In this document: in pieces, positions 14,083 through 27,020 of the stretch | How the letters are laid out: each line of letters begins with the position of its first letter | Numbering within the stretch: position 1 is the first letter of the stretch | Source of the DNA: Isurus oxyrinchus | Taxonomy: Eukaryota | Length of the DNA: 64,000 bases | Direction: 5' to 3' | NCBI GenBank assembly: GCA_026770705.1 | Contig: JANJGN010000035.1 | Coordinates: 7,006,001 to 7,070,000 of the forward strand | Program-made: the position numbers and the translations under genes | The notes under the pieces: generated by a model | What the model saw: the letters and a program-made list of their open reading frames with translations, nothing else | Told to the model about the DNA's origin: nothing | Databases searched by the model: none

Positions 14083-15529
14083 CTCCTTCTGTTGGACAGT
14101 TTGACGTACCTCCTATAAGTAGTGAACGGCAAGATATGTTTTAAACATCGACCTAATGGATTGAGCTATAAGCGCTCATTAGCTTGGAAATCATTTGCAT
14201 ATTTTGGCATAGCAACATGAATGTCACAGCCCATTGCGCATTTCCAAAATTGGCAGTTACACTCTTAGGAACCTTACTCATCTCGGTCCTTATTTCATCG
14301 ACGGACCCAGAACAACACTCATTCTTGCTTGCATTTTTTCCTCATTACAAAACAGGAACTGATTTTGTAGCTAGCTAATAATTATGTACCTTGTAGTTCT
14401 GCAGTTGCCTTTCTCAAAATTATTATTCAATTTTTTCATCATGTCTATCCATACCATCTAGATTAAATATTTTACATAACTCATTTTTATAATGTAGTCA
14501 CTGAACTATTTCCTGTGCGATGGTCATTACAGAAAAGAAAAACAGTTTTATTTTAAAAAATCCAATCATCTGCCCTTCGTTGTCTACGTTAGGCGTTTAT
14601 TAAAGTAAAGTGTCATTCATTTCTATTACCTTTACATCGTTGACAAGTTGGCTTCATGTGTCTTCCCACCTTGAAATTAGAAATTAGTGTACATTATCGT
14701 GGAGATTCACTGGAATCATCACAAGCACTTGTACTTCACTTTCCTGAACGTTTATTGCAGTATATATGTAGCATATAAAAGGTACAAACGTTCAGCAACC
14801 TGATCAATTCAGGATTAGTCACACATCGTTTTTGTTTTTTGTAACCCAATTAATGGTGCAGCCATTACAGAGAGAAACAGAAACAACAATTTTCCCGCAT
14901 CACTGCATGTCTCACATTCAGATACTGACACATGGCGCTTAAAACCAACCACATGAACATTCTGTCCTAAATAGCTAGCCTCAGCTGTTGGTAACGTCAA
15001 GAACGTCCTAAATTTGCTTCCTGTTAATGGAGTTCATCGTTTAAGTTCACAATAGTCTACATTCCATTCTCAAGTGCTCAGCTGTTGGGTGAACGGTTTA
15101 GGTAACTTATCTGCCCCTCTTACATAGCACTTTGCCGGCAAGCAGATAATTCCAATCTCCGTTGACATATCAACAGCTGGTAAATCTTCATCGTGCCCAT
15201 TCTAAACTACCAAGGTAGATTTTTCCACCACATTTACTAGCCCCTTCCTCAAAAATCCCATGGCCACTTTTCTGAAGGTTTTGGCGTTTATTAGAACCTT
15301 TGGTGTTGCATCCTCAACATACACGTGAGGCATTCCAAGTTAAATAGCACCGCTTACTGGGCTACTGCCACAATATGGGAGAAAGGTCTGATCCATGGTA
15401 GGATCCGTACATTGGGCCTCTATTCCAGAAGTCCTCCCACGAAGTAATAGCATTCCCTGGCTCTCTATTCTGAGTTATGTCCTTGCTGTTCTGTTGCAAT
15501 CTGCTGTAGGCCCTGTGGATCATCTCAGC

Positions 15530-16205
15530 ACAGGTGCCGCTAGTCATATATAATTTGTATGGCCCTCCCATTTTGCCTGGTATTCCGCTTTCCTTGGGAG
15601 GATTATGATCATTATCCTGTTTCCTACTGGTGGGTACTTGCCTAGGTTAATTAACAAAGCAGTTCGATTCTGGTGCTTCTGTTCTCTTGTACCCTCAATT
15701 GTTGTATAAAATCTTTTAGTTGTTGGCATATTTGATTCACATATATACCTACACTATCTTTATCTGCTCCAATATCGCACCCGCCCATAAGTGGTTCTTC
15801 TGCTAATCATATAATGCTACATTCATGAGTTTTTATGGCATGATGCCAAATGTCCTGTGCATCTTTTCTCTGAGTCGCAGAAGCAAGACAGGTGACATGT
15901 TTAAACACCGTTGCACACTTTCAGCTATTGATTTACTTATAGCTGTTTTAATTTCATGATCGTTCGTTCCACCATTCCCCAACTTTGGAGCTGGTAGTCA
16001 TGTGGAACAGCTGTGTGAGTCCAAGTAGTCAGGATGCCTCTTTCATGATTTTGCTGGTACAGTGTATTCCCTGATCATTTTTGATCTGTATGGCTTCTCC
16101 TTATGTGGGTGTTGTATCTTCAGTCAGGACGTAGCCGACGGTGCTGGTAGTCCAAAATCCTGATGCAAATACGTCTGCCAGCCGTATAAATTGGTCCATT
16201 ACCTC
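15530..16205 (-). pseudogene. Retroviral-type integrase remnant (DDE core plus GPY/F module)
   Basis: First catalytic-strand motif VMDQF at about 16200, (S)DQGxHF-like NDQGIHC at 16068-16079, TGLTP-like TFGIMP, and WEG-PY at 15554-15570; several stops and frameshifts. Confidence 0.85.
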
Positions 16206-18076
16206 AGGTTTGCTGTCTTTCACCCGCTGTCCGTTAACGGTGCAATGAAACTCTTCTGGATATTTTTTTTTTCCATCCAGTTCCCCTATCTTGCCTTATT
16301 TCTTCCCTGCTACATTAGCTCGCCCGTGAATGTCTGTCAGGTTCCGTTTTTATCCCCCCTCCTGATGGGTCAGCTTATAGGGGCTTCCTCATCAGTTGCT
16401 AACCGCCTGAAATCAGCATTTCTTTCCCTTCTCTAATCCGGTAGTGATCTTCTGATTGACATTGATCTCCGCTACTGTTATCTCTATGGCCAGTCTAGCT
16501 GCAACTTAGAGGTTCATACGTAACTTTTGGTACTTTATATGCGCCCAACCGCCCCCCCCCCAACTCCCCCCCACCCCGAAAAAACTTATTCCCGCCTACT
16601 CTAGACTCTACATAATGGCGCACCACCCAATATCCACAGCTACTGTCTGTGTACATGTGGTGAATTTGGTGAAATGTTTACAAACTTAATTATGCTACAG
16701 GTTCATCCACAGTCTGCAAATCTGTTATAGCTATAGATTCGAAGTGAAAGGCATCATTTCCCAGAATTACCCTGCAATTGATGTGTCCGTAATTTTTTAG
16801 TTTCCTTTTTTTAGTTTTAATCGCCCGTTCTTTCAGGCCTTTTACTTTTTTGCTTGCTTCCACGTTCAAATTCACAACATTCGAATTAAGCACAACTTCG
16901 TTCTGTTCTGCTGTTAAAAGTGGCCGGAACCAACATCCCCAATCCTTAGCGTGAAGTTTTAATCTAATGTGCATCGAATCCGATTTACATTTATTTAAAA
17001 ATTCATCCATATAATTCAAAATAGGGCACACATCCCATTAATTGTAACCACTGAAATCCTTTATTTGTTTTTACTATGATATATTATAACTTCTTCTATT
17101 TTTCACAATCGTTTCGGAAATCTTCAATCAGATCCACTTCACACAAATTCAGATTTACCAACAAATTCCGAAATCAAGAAGAGAATAAATGCATCGTCTT
17201 ACACTTACAGACAAGCAGAGTTATAGACATACACAAGCACGTGTTTCCTTTTTTTTTTTCTTTTTCAACGTCACTCGAGGCCAAGGTACTGTTTCCTCTT
17301 CTGAACTACCCCAATCCAAGTGCCCTGACTTCCCGAATATTGTCGATTTCGGGAGTCCCGGCAAATCACTAATATCGGCTTCTAAATAAATTACATGGAT
17401 TGAATGACGATAAGTTTATCCTCTTTATGATTCTTCTCCTCTGTCCGCCATTGTTTTTGCTTTTTCATGTCCCCAGTAGGGGTTCCTGTCCGACACTTTC
17501 ATTCCAATGTCAGTCTTCTTTTGCTTTCCTAATATGAATATTGTTAAATGATCTTCAATTCGGTTTCTACGTCCATTCACTAGTTATTAATTAAGGCACC
17601 TAGATATGCCAACACTTAGCCCCATATTCATGACCTCAAATACCGCTTACAGTGGTCGGATCGTGGTGCATTAACAAACTTCCGTCAGTCGGATCTCGAC
17701 GTCACAGCCCAAATCGTGTGACGCACAGCATCCTATAGACAACCGTCTGGAACTCAGTCTAGGCGTGATACACCAAGTCTAGTGACGAAATTCGGCCCGA
17801 AACTGCCAACACACGGCATGGACCACAGTTCCCTAACTATTTCCTGGTTGCCAGATCAGGAGCCTCGTGCCTCATGGACGGGCTCCCGTTGGTCAGCCTC
17901 TGGTCTTGCCTCCCTGACAAAGAGACCCACTGTGTCCCCTTCAGTTATGCATTGGTCCGTGCACACTACTCCAATGTGAGCAACACAACTCTGCCTAGAA
18001 TATGTCATACATAAGGGTCTCCCAGAGTTAAGTAACTCAACTCACCCAAGACAGGTCTTAAACGGATATTAAATAT

Positions 18077-18094
18077 AAACCGCCAACCACGCCA
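18077..18094 (-). promoter_or_regulatory. Primer-binding site, tRNA-Ser-like
   Basis: TGGCGTGGTTGGCGG versus the tRNA-Ser 3' complement TGGCGTAGTCGGCAG: 12 of 15 match, and all three mismatches are transitions. Confidence 0.65.
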
Positions 18095-18096
18095 CT

Positions 18097-18452
18097 TGTT
18101 GTTGAGGTTCATTGGAATTAACTGACGGAATCGGCGCCTCACGTTCAATAGTCCAGAGTATATGCTGGAGAATTGAGGTGCAAAAATTTGGCATTCATAT
18201 ATTTTGGGGCTTATTCAGACATCGCATGTGTTCATTAGTAACTCGGTTAGTGGTACAGTCAAGTTTAAAGAAGAAAATAAAATAAGAAAAATACACTACT
18301 TAAATCATTTTTCATTCGCCCCTTCGGTTACCCATACCAGGAGATTAAAGCTAACCCCATGAACATCGTGTCCTAGTTATGCTGTTGTTAAAGGCAGGTA
18401 TATCCCTTAAGAATATGCCAAGCATTCCAGCAACACCACATTTACCGTAACA
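18097..18452 (-). repeat. Putative 5' LTR (356 bp)
   Basis: Minus strand starts TGTTACGG (18452) and ends CAACA (18097), then a 2-nt spacer and a PBS-like sequence. Confidence 0.65.
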
Positions 18453-20149
18453 TGCATTAAAATTATTTTTTTTTCACGAAAACAACATTGGCTCTGCCGC
18501 ATAAATGTGAAACCTCGAATTCGATGTGGCGTGGCTCTCTTCACAATCTTTGTCTGATTTTACTTTGGTGGTGCCTATCAGTCCAGAATAGTCTCCCTCA
18601 GTTTGAACACCTAAACCCGAATTTTCTACACTGATACTTTCTCCGCCTGCTGAAAGGTTTTTTGAACCTTCATCAGCATTTGTCACGATCAAACTGAACT
18701 TAAATGAATCGCTATTTTTCTGAATTTATTGCAGCATAGTAGAAATAAGTCTTTAAAATAATGAATTTGTCAAAATGTATAGTGCTATTTTTTTGGAAAT
18801 AATCATTGCACTATTTTTTCCCGCTGCCATTTTCAGTGGTATTACACAGAGAATACAAGGTTTAGTGACTAATTAATCCGCTATTTTTTTTATTTTTTAT
18901 GCGCAACCACGTTCATGTTTACATATAAGGGGCTTCAAATGTTTACACTTCAAAAGCATTACGTGTGTGTTTGCGTGTTTGTGTTTATATGTGTGGGTGT
19001 GTCTTTTTCCGTGTGGGGTAGGTGGAAGCTTGATTCATTTATTTCATTTGTGCACTCCGTCAAATCAGTGAAATGTCATTTTTCACCGATTAAATGTCAA
19101 GACTATGATCTTTCCTTCCATCATTTCATTCCGAAAAAAAAAAACAATGCTCCCTTGAAGAGTGGACAAAACTTTCCAGCAATTCACCCGAATAACGTAG
19201 TCGAAGAAACCCACAATCATAATCCATGGTAAATAAATTGTGAGGGTGATTTCAGGTTGGGGATTCAAGCGCTTTCAACGAGTGATGGCACAACGTATTG
19301 CTTATGTTCAACTCGGGATATGTCTGAAGTGGAGGGGGACGAATGGAAAGTTTTGTCGCAACGTACCTGCTTCTCTGATCCTTCGTCTTTATGGATTTCT
19401 CTGGGGTGGTAATGGTCGGGTGGGGTGGTGTGGTGGTGAGGGGTGGGGTGGGTGGCGGTGTGGTACCAAACAAGGCTGCGTGACATATTCAAATTGTTGC
19501 CTATTGCAGCCACATTGCACGAGCTTTAGGATGGAATCATATTTTAGGAGGTGCGTTGAATGTTCATCTAATGAACAGCTTTTTTTTCTAAGTGTTATTG
19601 ACTCTCAGAACATCCAGAGACTGTCCGTTACTAGTAAAAGTAGAATTCCTTTCGGATAACTGGACGATAGTTATTCTGTAGGAGCTAAATTCAATAGAAT
19701 GCTTTATACGAACCGAGAAATTAATGGAGGGAATGTAACAGTCTGCAACATTCTGCAAGGCATGCCATGTCCCCTAGTAATTTAATGCAATTCCTTTTGG
19801 TGCTGCGACATTTCATTAGCTTGATACAATTATTTACCTTTTTGCTAACAATTGTGCATTTGTTTCTTCGATAGGTGTTAAATAATCTGATATTCGCGAA
19901 AAACATGGAAATGACGACATGCCCATAGATTTTAAAAATGTATTATTTAACACGCCAAAACATATTTGTCAACAGAAATGATACAGTTTAATGAAATGTA
20001 GCATGAAAGGGGATGGCATTGATTCTCGCCCGTGGTGTAAATAATTCTAACGAAATAAATGTTAATTTTATACCGAATCCAACAGCACTATAAATGGTAA
20101 AAATGTGACTGGATGCTTAAACCTGATCTTTACCCGATGAATGCAGCAT

Positions 20150-22380
20150 CACACATGGAAATCACCAGGTAATGGAATTCATTCCATCTGATATGAATAA
20201 AGGACACAAAGCTTTTTCTAGTGCAAAACCAACTGTTCCAGACAACTTCTGGGCAAATGTAATGAGAAGTGTGCTGCAGAAGTTACTGCGTGAACAGAGA
20301 ACCTATTTACAAAATCTAAAATAATGGCATCAATACGGCATGTTCAAAAGGGCCCAGATTTGACCATGCATACAAAACAGAATATTCCGATTCCAACCAA
20401 TATCTATGACATCAACTAACTATTGATCATCAGCAACGCGATGGGAGATGCCGTCCACACTGCCAGACATTCAGCATTTCACAACACAAGCCTAATCATT
20501 GAGGCTCATTTTGCATTCCAGCATGGGCGACTTGGCTTCTTTTCTCACTGCTCCCTTTGTGCAAACATAGGAAACAGGGCCCCATTTTAGCAGAAGAGTT
20601 GAGACTCACTGTCATTGACATCAAGGCAGCATTTGACTGAATGGGACATTAGCGAGCATTGGCAAAATTGAAACAAAAAAGAAATTGGAGAAATATATCC
20701 ACAGGTTGACTTCATGCATAGTAACAATGAAGGTGTCATTGGCTGATAGGGGCCAACCATCTTACGTTATTGTTTCGGGATTCACTCTGGGCTATGTCAT
20801 AGGCCCAATCATAATTTTGTTGTTTCAAAAATCTTTTCCTTCCTTCGTAATATCAGAAGTAAGCGTTTTCGCTGATGATTGCACAATATTCAGCACCATT
20901 GTCGACTCCTCATATACTGTGTATGGGCACCTGGGCAAAAATGAGGTGTGGGCTGATAAGTAGCGATTTAATTCTCTAACCACCAATCTAACGACCTCCA
21001 TTGTCATTAAATGGGGCAATTGTTGCTAAAACATTGACCAGAATATTCCTGCAAATAACCAATAATCAAAAACGGAGCTTATCCTACAGTGTAACTATTG
21101 TCGCTACAAGGGACGTCAGAAGTTCAGACTTTAGCTGCTAGTACTTAAATGCCTTGATCGCTGAGGCTTGACAGACATCTAAAATGCTCGATTAAGAAGT
21201 AAAAAAAAAATGTTTCTTTAACACACCACCCGGTTCTCATGCCCACATGTCTGTCCTTGGGCTACTGCAATGTTACAGTGAGGCTCAACTGAAACTGGAG
21301 GAAGGACAACTCATCTTCCGATTAGGCAATTACAGCCTTCTGGACTTAATGCAGAGTACAACAACTTTAGTTCATGAAATCTCTTCTTCATCTCCAACAC
21401 CTTTCCGAACCCTCTTTTTCCAGTAATGCATGCATATTTTCTTTTACCACCTATTTCCAACATTTTAAAATGCATTTCCATCCATTGCATTATCTCTAAC
21501 TTTCAGCCTATTTCGATTGTTTCCCCCCGATCCACACTCACTAGGACTATCTGTCCCTTGCTCGTGCTTCTTTCTACTCTTAATCCAAACAGTAGCACAT
21601 TTTATAGCTAATATCACCACTATCAACACCCATTTAACCTATTGCCTATGACATCTTTGGCAATCTCCACCTATCACTGGTCCTCTATCCAGCTCTGCCA
21701 GTCCCACCGCTCTTCAACCAGCTTATATTTCACATCTTTTCTGTTTTCCTTTGCTCTGATGAAGACCCGTATGGACTCAGAACGTTAACTCTGTTGATCT
21801 CCACAGATGCTGTCAGATTTGGTGGTTTTTTCCACTTATTTTTGTTTTTATTTCGGATTTCTGGCATCCACACATTTTTGCTTTTATTAAGAAATATTCA
21901 CCTCTTTTCTGGTTTAGTCGTCTTACTCCAGTAGCACATCTGATAGTCGATGCCAACTAGGCAAATTTATCCGAAGCAATCAGCTCCAACTACACACATT
22001 TTTAAAAAAGTGTTTGATTCTCTCCAATTCTGACATACAGTTGTAGGAAAGTACAGTTAATTGACTGCCCTAACTCTTCCATAGAACACAACACAAATTG
22101 CCGAGAATGACATGGCAGCAGGCGCATGGACGTGCCATCAAAAAAAATTTTCCCATCCAAGGCACACAGTCATGTTTTGGCTTAATGTTGCCCTTGCGTC
22201 ACTGCTACATTAATAAAATGGACCTCCCTTCCCAACTGCATTGTGTGGGTAGGTGCACCAGTTGGACGACGGCGGTAAAATGAGGCAGATTTACCTCCAG
22301 ATTGCTAAGGGCAATTGGGTATGGGCAAAACATTGTGGACTTGTCAGCAATTCACACATCCAATCAAAGCATAGGAAAAA
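20150..22380 (+). mobile_element. Decayed CR1/L2-group LINE interrupted by a Penelope insertion
   Basis: LTVIDIKAAFD*MGH (20610-20650), VSVFADDCTIFSTI (20860-20900), VWADK; resumes after about 21890 and ends with ctaagggcaattgggtatgggcaaaacatt... Confidence 0.8.
21215..21885 (+). mobile_element. Penelope-like element 3' fragment (GIY-YIG C-terminus plus terminal repeat)
   Basis: HAHMSVLGLLQCYSEAQLKLEEGQLIFRLGN.QPSGLNAEYNNF, followed by the 3' region with ctctgatgaag...gttaactctg; possible ATTAAGAA duplication at 21191-21198 and 21886-21893. Confidence 0.85.
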
Positions 22381-25300
22381 CAATGGCAATGATCTGTGAT
22401 CTTGCGATGGTGGAGGGGACCTAGGATTATCCATTTCAGAAACTTTATATACACTGACCGTAATGATTGGTAAGATGAATGCAAATTTCGGACATCTACT
22501 TGGGAGCTGAACACAACCCTGTTTGGGAAAGTGGGAGCTGGTGCAATTTCAGTTACGGGACTGACTTGTGAACTCGATCATGATGATCGGAAGTATTTTA
22601 AAGAAATATTCCTAAATATTTTATTTTCTCTAAAGCATTGTGAATTGGTTTACGGGGCTCAACAGATTATATAAAGTTGCAAAGATGATTATGGTGCGAA
22701 CAGTAAATTGCATATCACCACATTTTGTATTTTTATTCTTCAATGTTAATGGCATGAATACTGAATGAATCATGTTGCGATTGAATATAACAATTACCTA
22801 CGGAAGTCCTGGAAAATATGAGGGAAATAGTAAGTTTCTTGCCAGAAGCAACTATATGAGTGATATGTTGAGACTTAAGAAAAAATAAACTTTTCCTCAC
22901 GTGTTAGAAACACAATTAATTGAATGAATCGATGGACAACGATGTATAGATTTATTGTTAAGGTGGATGAATAATTGGATGAAAAAGGGAGAGGAAAATT
23001 GAGTGGTGCAGTTGAATCAGAAAAAAAATAGAGAACATATTATATTATCTTATATTTTACTTAAGGGAACGTTGAATTCCACTTCTAGTATATGTTCTAA
23101 TTACCCACGAAGCTAGTGCATGGGGAAACTTAATTATTAATAAATAAATCGATTCGAATGATAAGTTTAGGAATATATTGTGTGCTCATGCGGGTGACCT
23201 GCAAGAAAATTACTGCATGCAATTCCTGTGACCTTATGTCGTGATTAACTGGATAACTGTTTAATGTTATACATTGTGTGAGAACTAGCAGTATCAAACA
23301 AAACTGTTGCCACTAGAAATACGAGATTTTGTCTAAGAAATTCTGCAGAAAGAAGGGAAAATAGTCCAGATAATAGATTTTAATTTTCCAGTACCGTGAG
23401 TTGAAATACTGAAATGCAATAGTGGCATCTAAACATTTGACGTAAATATAATAATTTGTCTCTCCGCCAGATTAACACATGAAAGAAGTGATGGTGGAAT
23501 GACAGGGAGCATGTTGTGTGTATGTTTCTGTGTGTGCGTGCGTTTGTTAACACAGGCAAAATTATTGCAGATTCATATAGGTTGTTTGCATGTGCTGGTG
23601 CCTTGGAATTTACAAAGGCCCTTGACTGAATGGTAATACGGTTTTGTGTTCCATGGTGACAGACACGGAGAAAATATATGATTTGAGAGGGTGAGAGCTC
23701 AGAAAGGATGGGGAGGTATTTTAATTTCACTGCTAAGAAGGCTAAAAGGCTCTTGCTGACAATATTGCCAGATAGTCAGTTGTAGGCCCATGCAAAACGA
23801 TCGGTTTAGGAGAGGTGTTACTGGGTGAATGAATTTATAGAACTAACTTGGCTGCTGTGCATTTGAAAAAAATAGTGAATTTAAGTTTAATTTTCTGGGT
23901 GCCAAGTCTAGAGCTACAATTTTGTTGAGAAGCATCAGATGAATGCTCAGAAATTCACCGAAGTGAACCGTTCAAAACTGGTGCCAGCTGCAAGTAAGAA
24001 GCTTCTGTGTCAAGGTTTTATTAGCACTTTACTGGTACATGTTTCTGTAAACATATTGCTCGTAATTGCAGAGTGGGAACTTCCGCATGTTCATATGCTG
24101 GTATTGGGATGTTTCTAACATTTCTCCAGTTTAATATTGTTCTTCATTTTACCATTAATAAATATTTTATTTTTAGAACTAACTCTACTTTAGCCCCCAC
24201 CTGTGACTATATTCAATATCTTCCATTCATCCTTTCTAATAAAAATGTAATTTTTATTAATTAAAAATGTAATTTTAACAGGTTCTGTGATTCACGTGGT
24301 AGCATTGAGGGTGGCGGGCCTTCGTAACTAGAATATGGATTGGCAAGGCACAAAGCCTCTCATTTCACAGATGCAGGTCATTGAAATGTTATTTTTTTTA
24401 TTTTTTCAACTGCGTGTTAATTTTTGCTGTGAACATATTTGCCTCATGGCTAGAAGAAGTATATCATCCATCGATTCACAATGCTCACATATAAAGTCCG
24501 AAAATCCTGAACGGCAATGACAATGATTAATTGCTGATAAAGAAAACCTAAGTTCAATTGGAGATACAAAAACATACAAAAAAACATTGTAAATTTTAGC
24601 AGGCATATCTAAATTCCAGATGTTTTCCAGCAATGAAGGATCCGTAAGCGTTTGAAATCGTGTTGTATCACAAGTCATACAATTATGGTAATTACTGCTT
24701 AAAGCTTCAGCCACCTTTTAGTTGGTGGTAAAAACTGTCCTTTGTACTTATATGCAAAAGGCAAGAACTAATCGCCCTTCCTCTTTCTTTCTCAAGCTGT
24801 CACATGTGCCAGTCAGTAAGTAAGACCCCCCCCTCCCCCGCCCCACCTCCGCCGAAAGGAAATCCTTACTAATCGAGCCGATTATGGTTGCTTAATTAAC
24901 ATTTATTACGTTCTTAATTGTCATCTCACTTATTATATTCGCTATGTAAGAATAAAGATTTCAGTCTGAATGGCTCCAATAACCTAATCCCAATAAGTGA
25001 TGCCATGCAAATGATGCAAACCGTATAGAAAACCGATTGTGCACCTGCCAAATAATTTGTCACCATTTTTTAATTTATGCCTCACTATAAAATTTGCGGC
25101 ATAACCCTAGTACTCCGTAGGCAGACACTGCTAAATGATTTATATTGCCAATGTTATATTTGATAGTTTGCATAAAGTTCGCCATGTTTGTCTGATGCCC
25201 ATTATGTCACACCAAGCTGGTCTGCTCTGATCCTTCAGTTGTCATGTTTCCTGCGTCAGTCATTCTTACCGTCCACTTTAACTGTTCCTGCTATTAAGAT

Positions 25301-25754
25301 GCATATGTTTGTTCTTTTTGAATATTGTGCCTAATCTGCTTCCTAAACTGATTTTGTGTTCCCTGCTTATTATCCATCTTGCTCTTCTGCCCTCATTGAT
25401 AGCATTGTGTGTGCAATTTCACTGATCCTTTTCGTATGTGCATAGACATTTCCTATCATATTACCATGCAGCATATTTATGCTTTCTTTAATATAAGGGG
25501 TAAAAAAAGAGTAATGATAGATTTTAAATAGGCAAGAGAGCCTAAGGCCCTTGGGTCTTATTGAATGCCACATCAGGCTGGACGGGCCGGATGGCCATCT
25601 CGTGCTCCTAAGTTTTGCCTCCTTATATTCCTATGACATCTCGTGCTTTCGCAAGTAACATAGCAATTTACTTATTTCTCACAATTGATGCTATCATTAG
25701 TAAACATTGCAGGACAGCTGAAAGTTTACTCCAATCTGTAATTGAGATGAATGT

Positions 25755-27020
25755 TAACTTACAAAGTTAGGAGCTGGAGTAGGCCATTCTTCCACTGGAC
25801 CATACTCCGCCATTCAATTAAATCATGGCTGACCTGTTTACGTCTCGAATACCATGTTCTCGTCTAACCACGATAATCCTTCATTCCCTTATCTAAAAAT
25901 AATCTGTCTATTTCCGCCGTAAACTTATTCAATGACCACACCTACACCAGAATTTGAGGCAAAGAGTTCCAAAGACGCCCAACCGCCTAAGAAAATTAAA
26001 ACCTGCCATCTCTTTCCTGAAAAGCGACTGCTCTAATTATAACAAAGGGACACTTAATTCTGGCTCCACTCACAATAGGCAACATCCTTTTCACATCCTT
26101 GTCAATACTGGTTTAGATCGTAAGTCCATCAATCAAATCAACCCGTACTCTTCTAAACTTTTCACTCTACTTAACCCCTAGCCAAATTTGTCTAAACTAT
26201 CCTCCATGGTCCCCCATTCGTTCCAGGTTTACATCTCGAAAACGTCTGGTGATCCGCCGCCTACATATCTACGTTCATTCTTACATATGAAGGACAAAAC
26301 AGCACACAACGTTTGAGCTGTGTTGTCAATAATGCCTTTATAACTGAAGCATAGCATCCTTACTGTTATGTTAAATTCATGTAGTGATAAAGGGTAACAT
26401 TCCATTCGTCTCCTTAATTGCATGCTGATCTGCACGAATATTTTGTGACATATGCACGGGAAAACCTAGACACCTCTGCGCCTCCGAATTTAGCAGCATT
26501 TTCGCCATTTAAGTAATACTCTACCTTTTCTATTTTTCTGCGAAAGGGAACAACTTTACATTTTTTCTAAATTATACTTCATCTGCCAGATTTCTTCCTT
26601 GTCATTCAACAAGTCTATGTTTATCAGCAACCCTTTTATGTGGTCCTCACAACTTACCTTCCTACCACTTTAGTGTAGCATGCAGAAATTGGCTACCATG
26701 TCTTAACTCCCCTCATTTTCTTCATTGGTATAAATTGATTAAATTTGAAGCCCCAGCGCTAACTGCTGTCTAACTCTACATGTCGTATCCTGCAAATCAA
26801 AATAAATCTCCATTCGTGAATGTTTTCTTTGTCACTGCCAGCCAACCTATTTTCCATCCACACCAATATATTACCCCCGGAACGGTGAGCGTCTATTTTC
26901 TGCAATAAAATTTGATGTTTCACATTATCAAATACCTTCTGGAAATCCAAGTAGGGTACAGGCGCAGGCTCACCTTTATCCACTGCGCAAGTGTTACATG
27001 TATGTACCATAACAAGCATG
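25755..27020 (-). mobile_element. CR1 LINE 3' fragment
   Basis: ORF 26759-27085 contains VDKGEPAPVPYLDFQKVFDNVKHQILLQKI..NILVWMENRLAG; 3' tail taggagctggagtaggccattc at about 25770. Confidence 0.9.

Larger units (their letters stand above)
14600..18452 (-). mobile_element. Internally deleted endogenous retrovirus-like LTR element (LTR-PBS-gag-like-IN-env-like; RT/RNase H missing)
   Basis: LTR with TGTT...AACA ends (18452-18097), PBS-like site, then a degenerate integrase VMDQFIRLADVF...IKNDQGIHCTSKIMKE...KTAISKSIAE...AKWEG/PYKL and a downstream mostly open frame. The low-coordinate boundary is approximate; no second LTR was found. Confidence 0.75.

Noticed and set aside
19240-19659. 139-aa ORF and GGT-rich G-quadruplex-like tract
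   Set aside because: Low-complexity sequence next to a probable CR1 3' remnant; no coding or functional support.
22440-22469. 30-nt micro-exon candidate (ttcAG...TG|GTAAGA)
   Set aside because: The splice sites look good, but it is too short for homology support and such pairs arise by chance.
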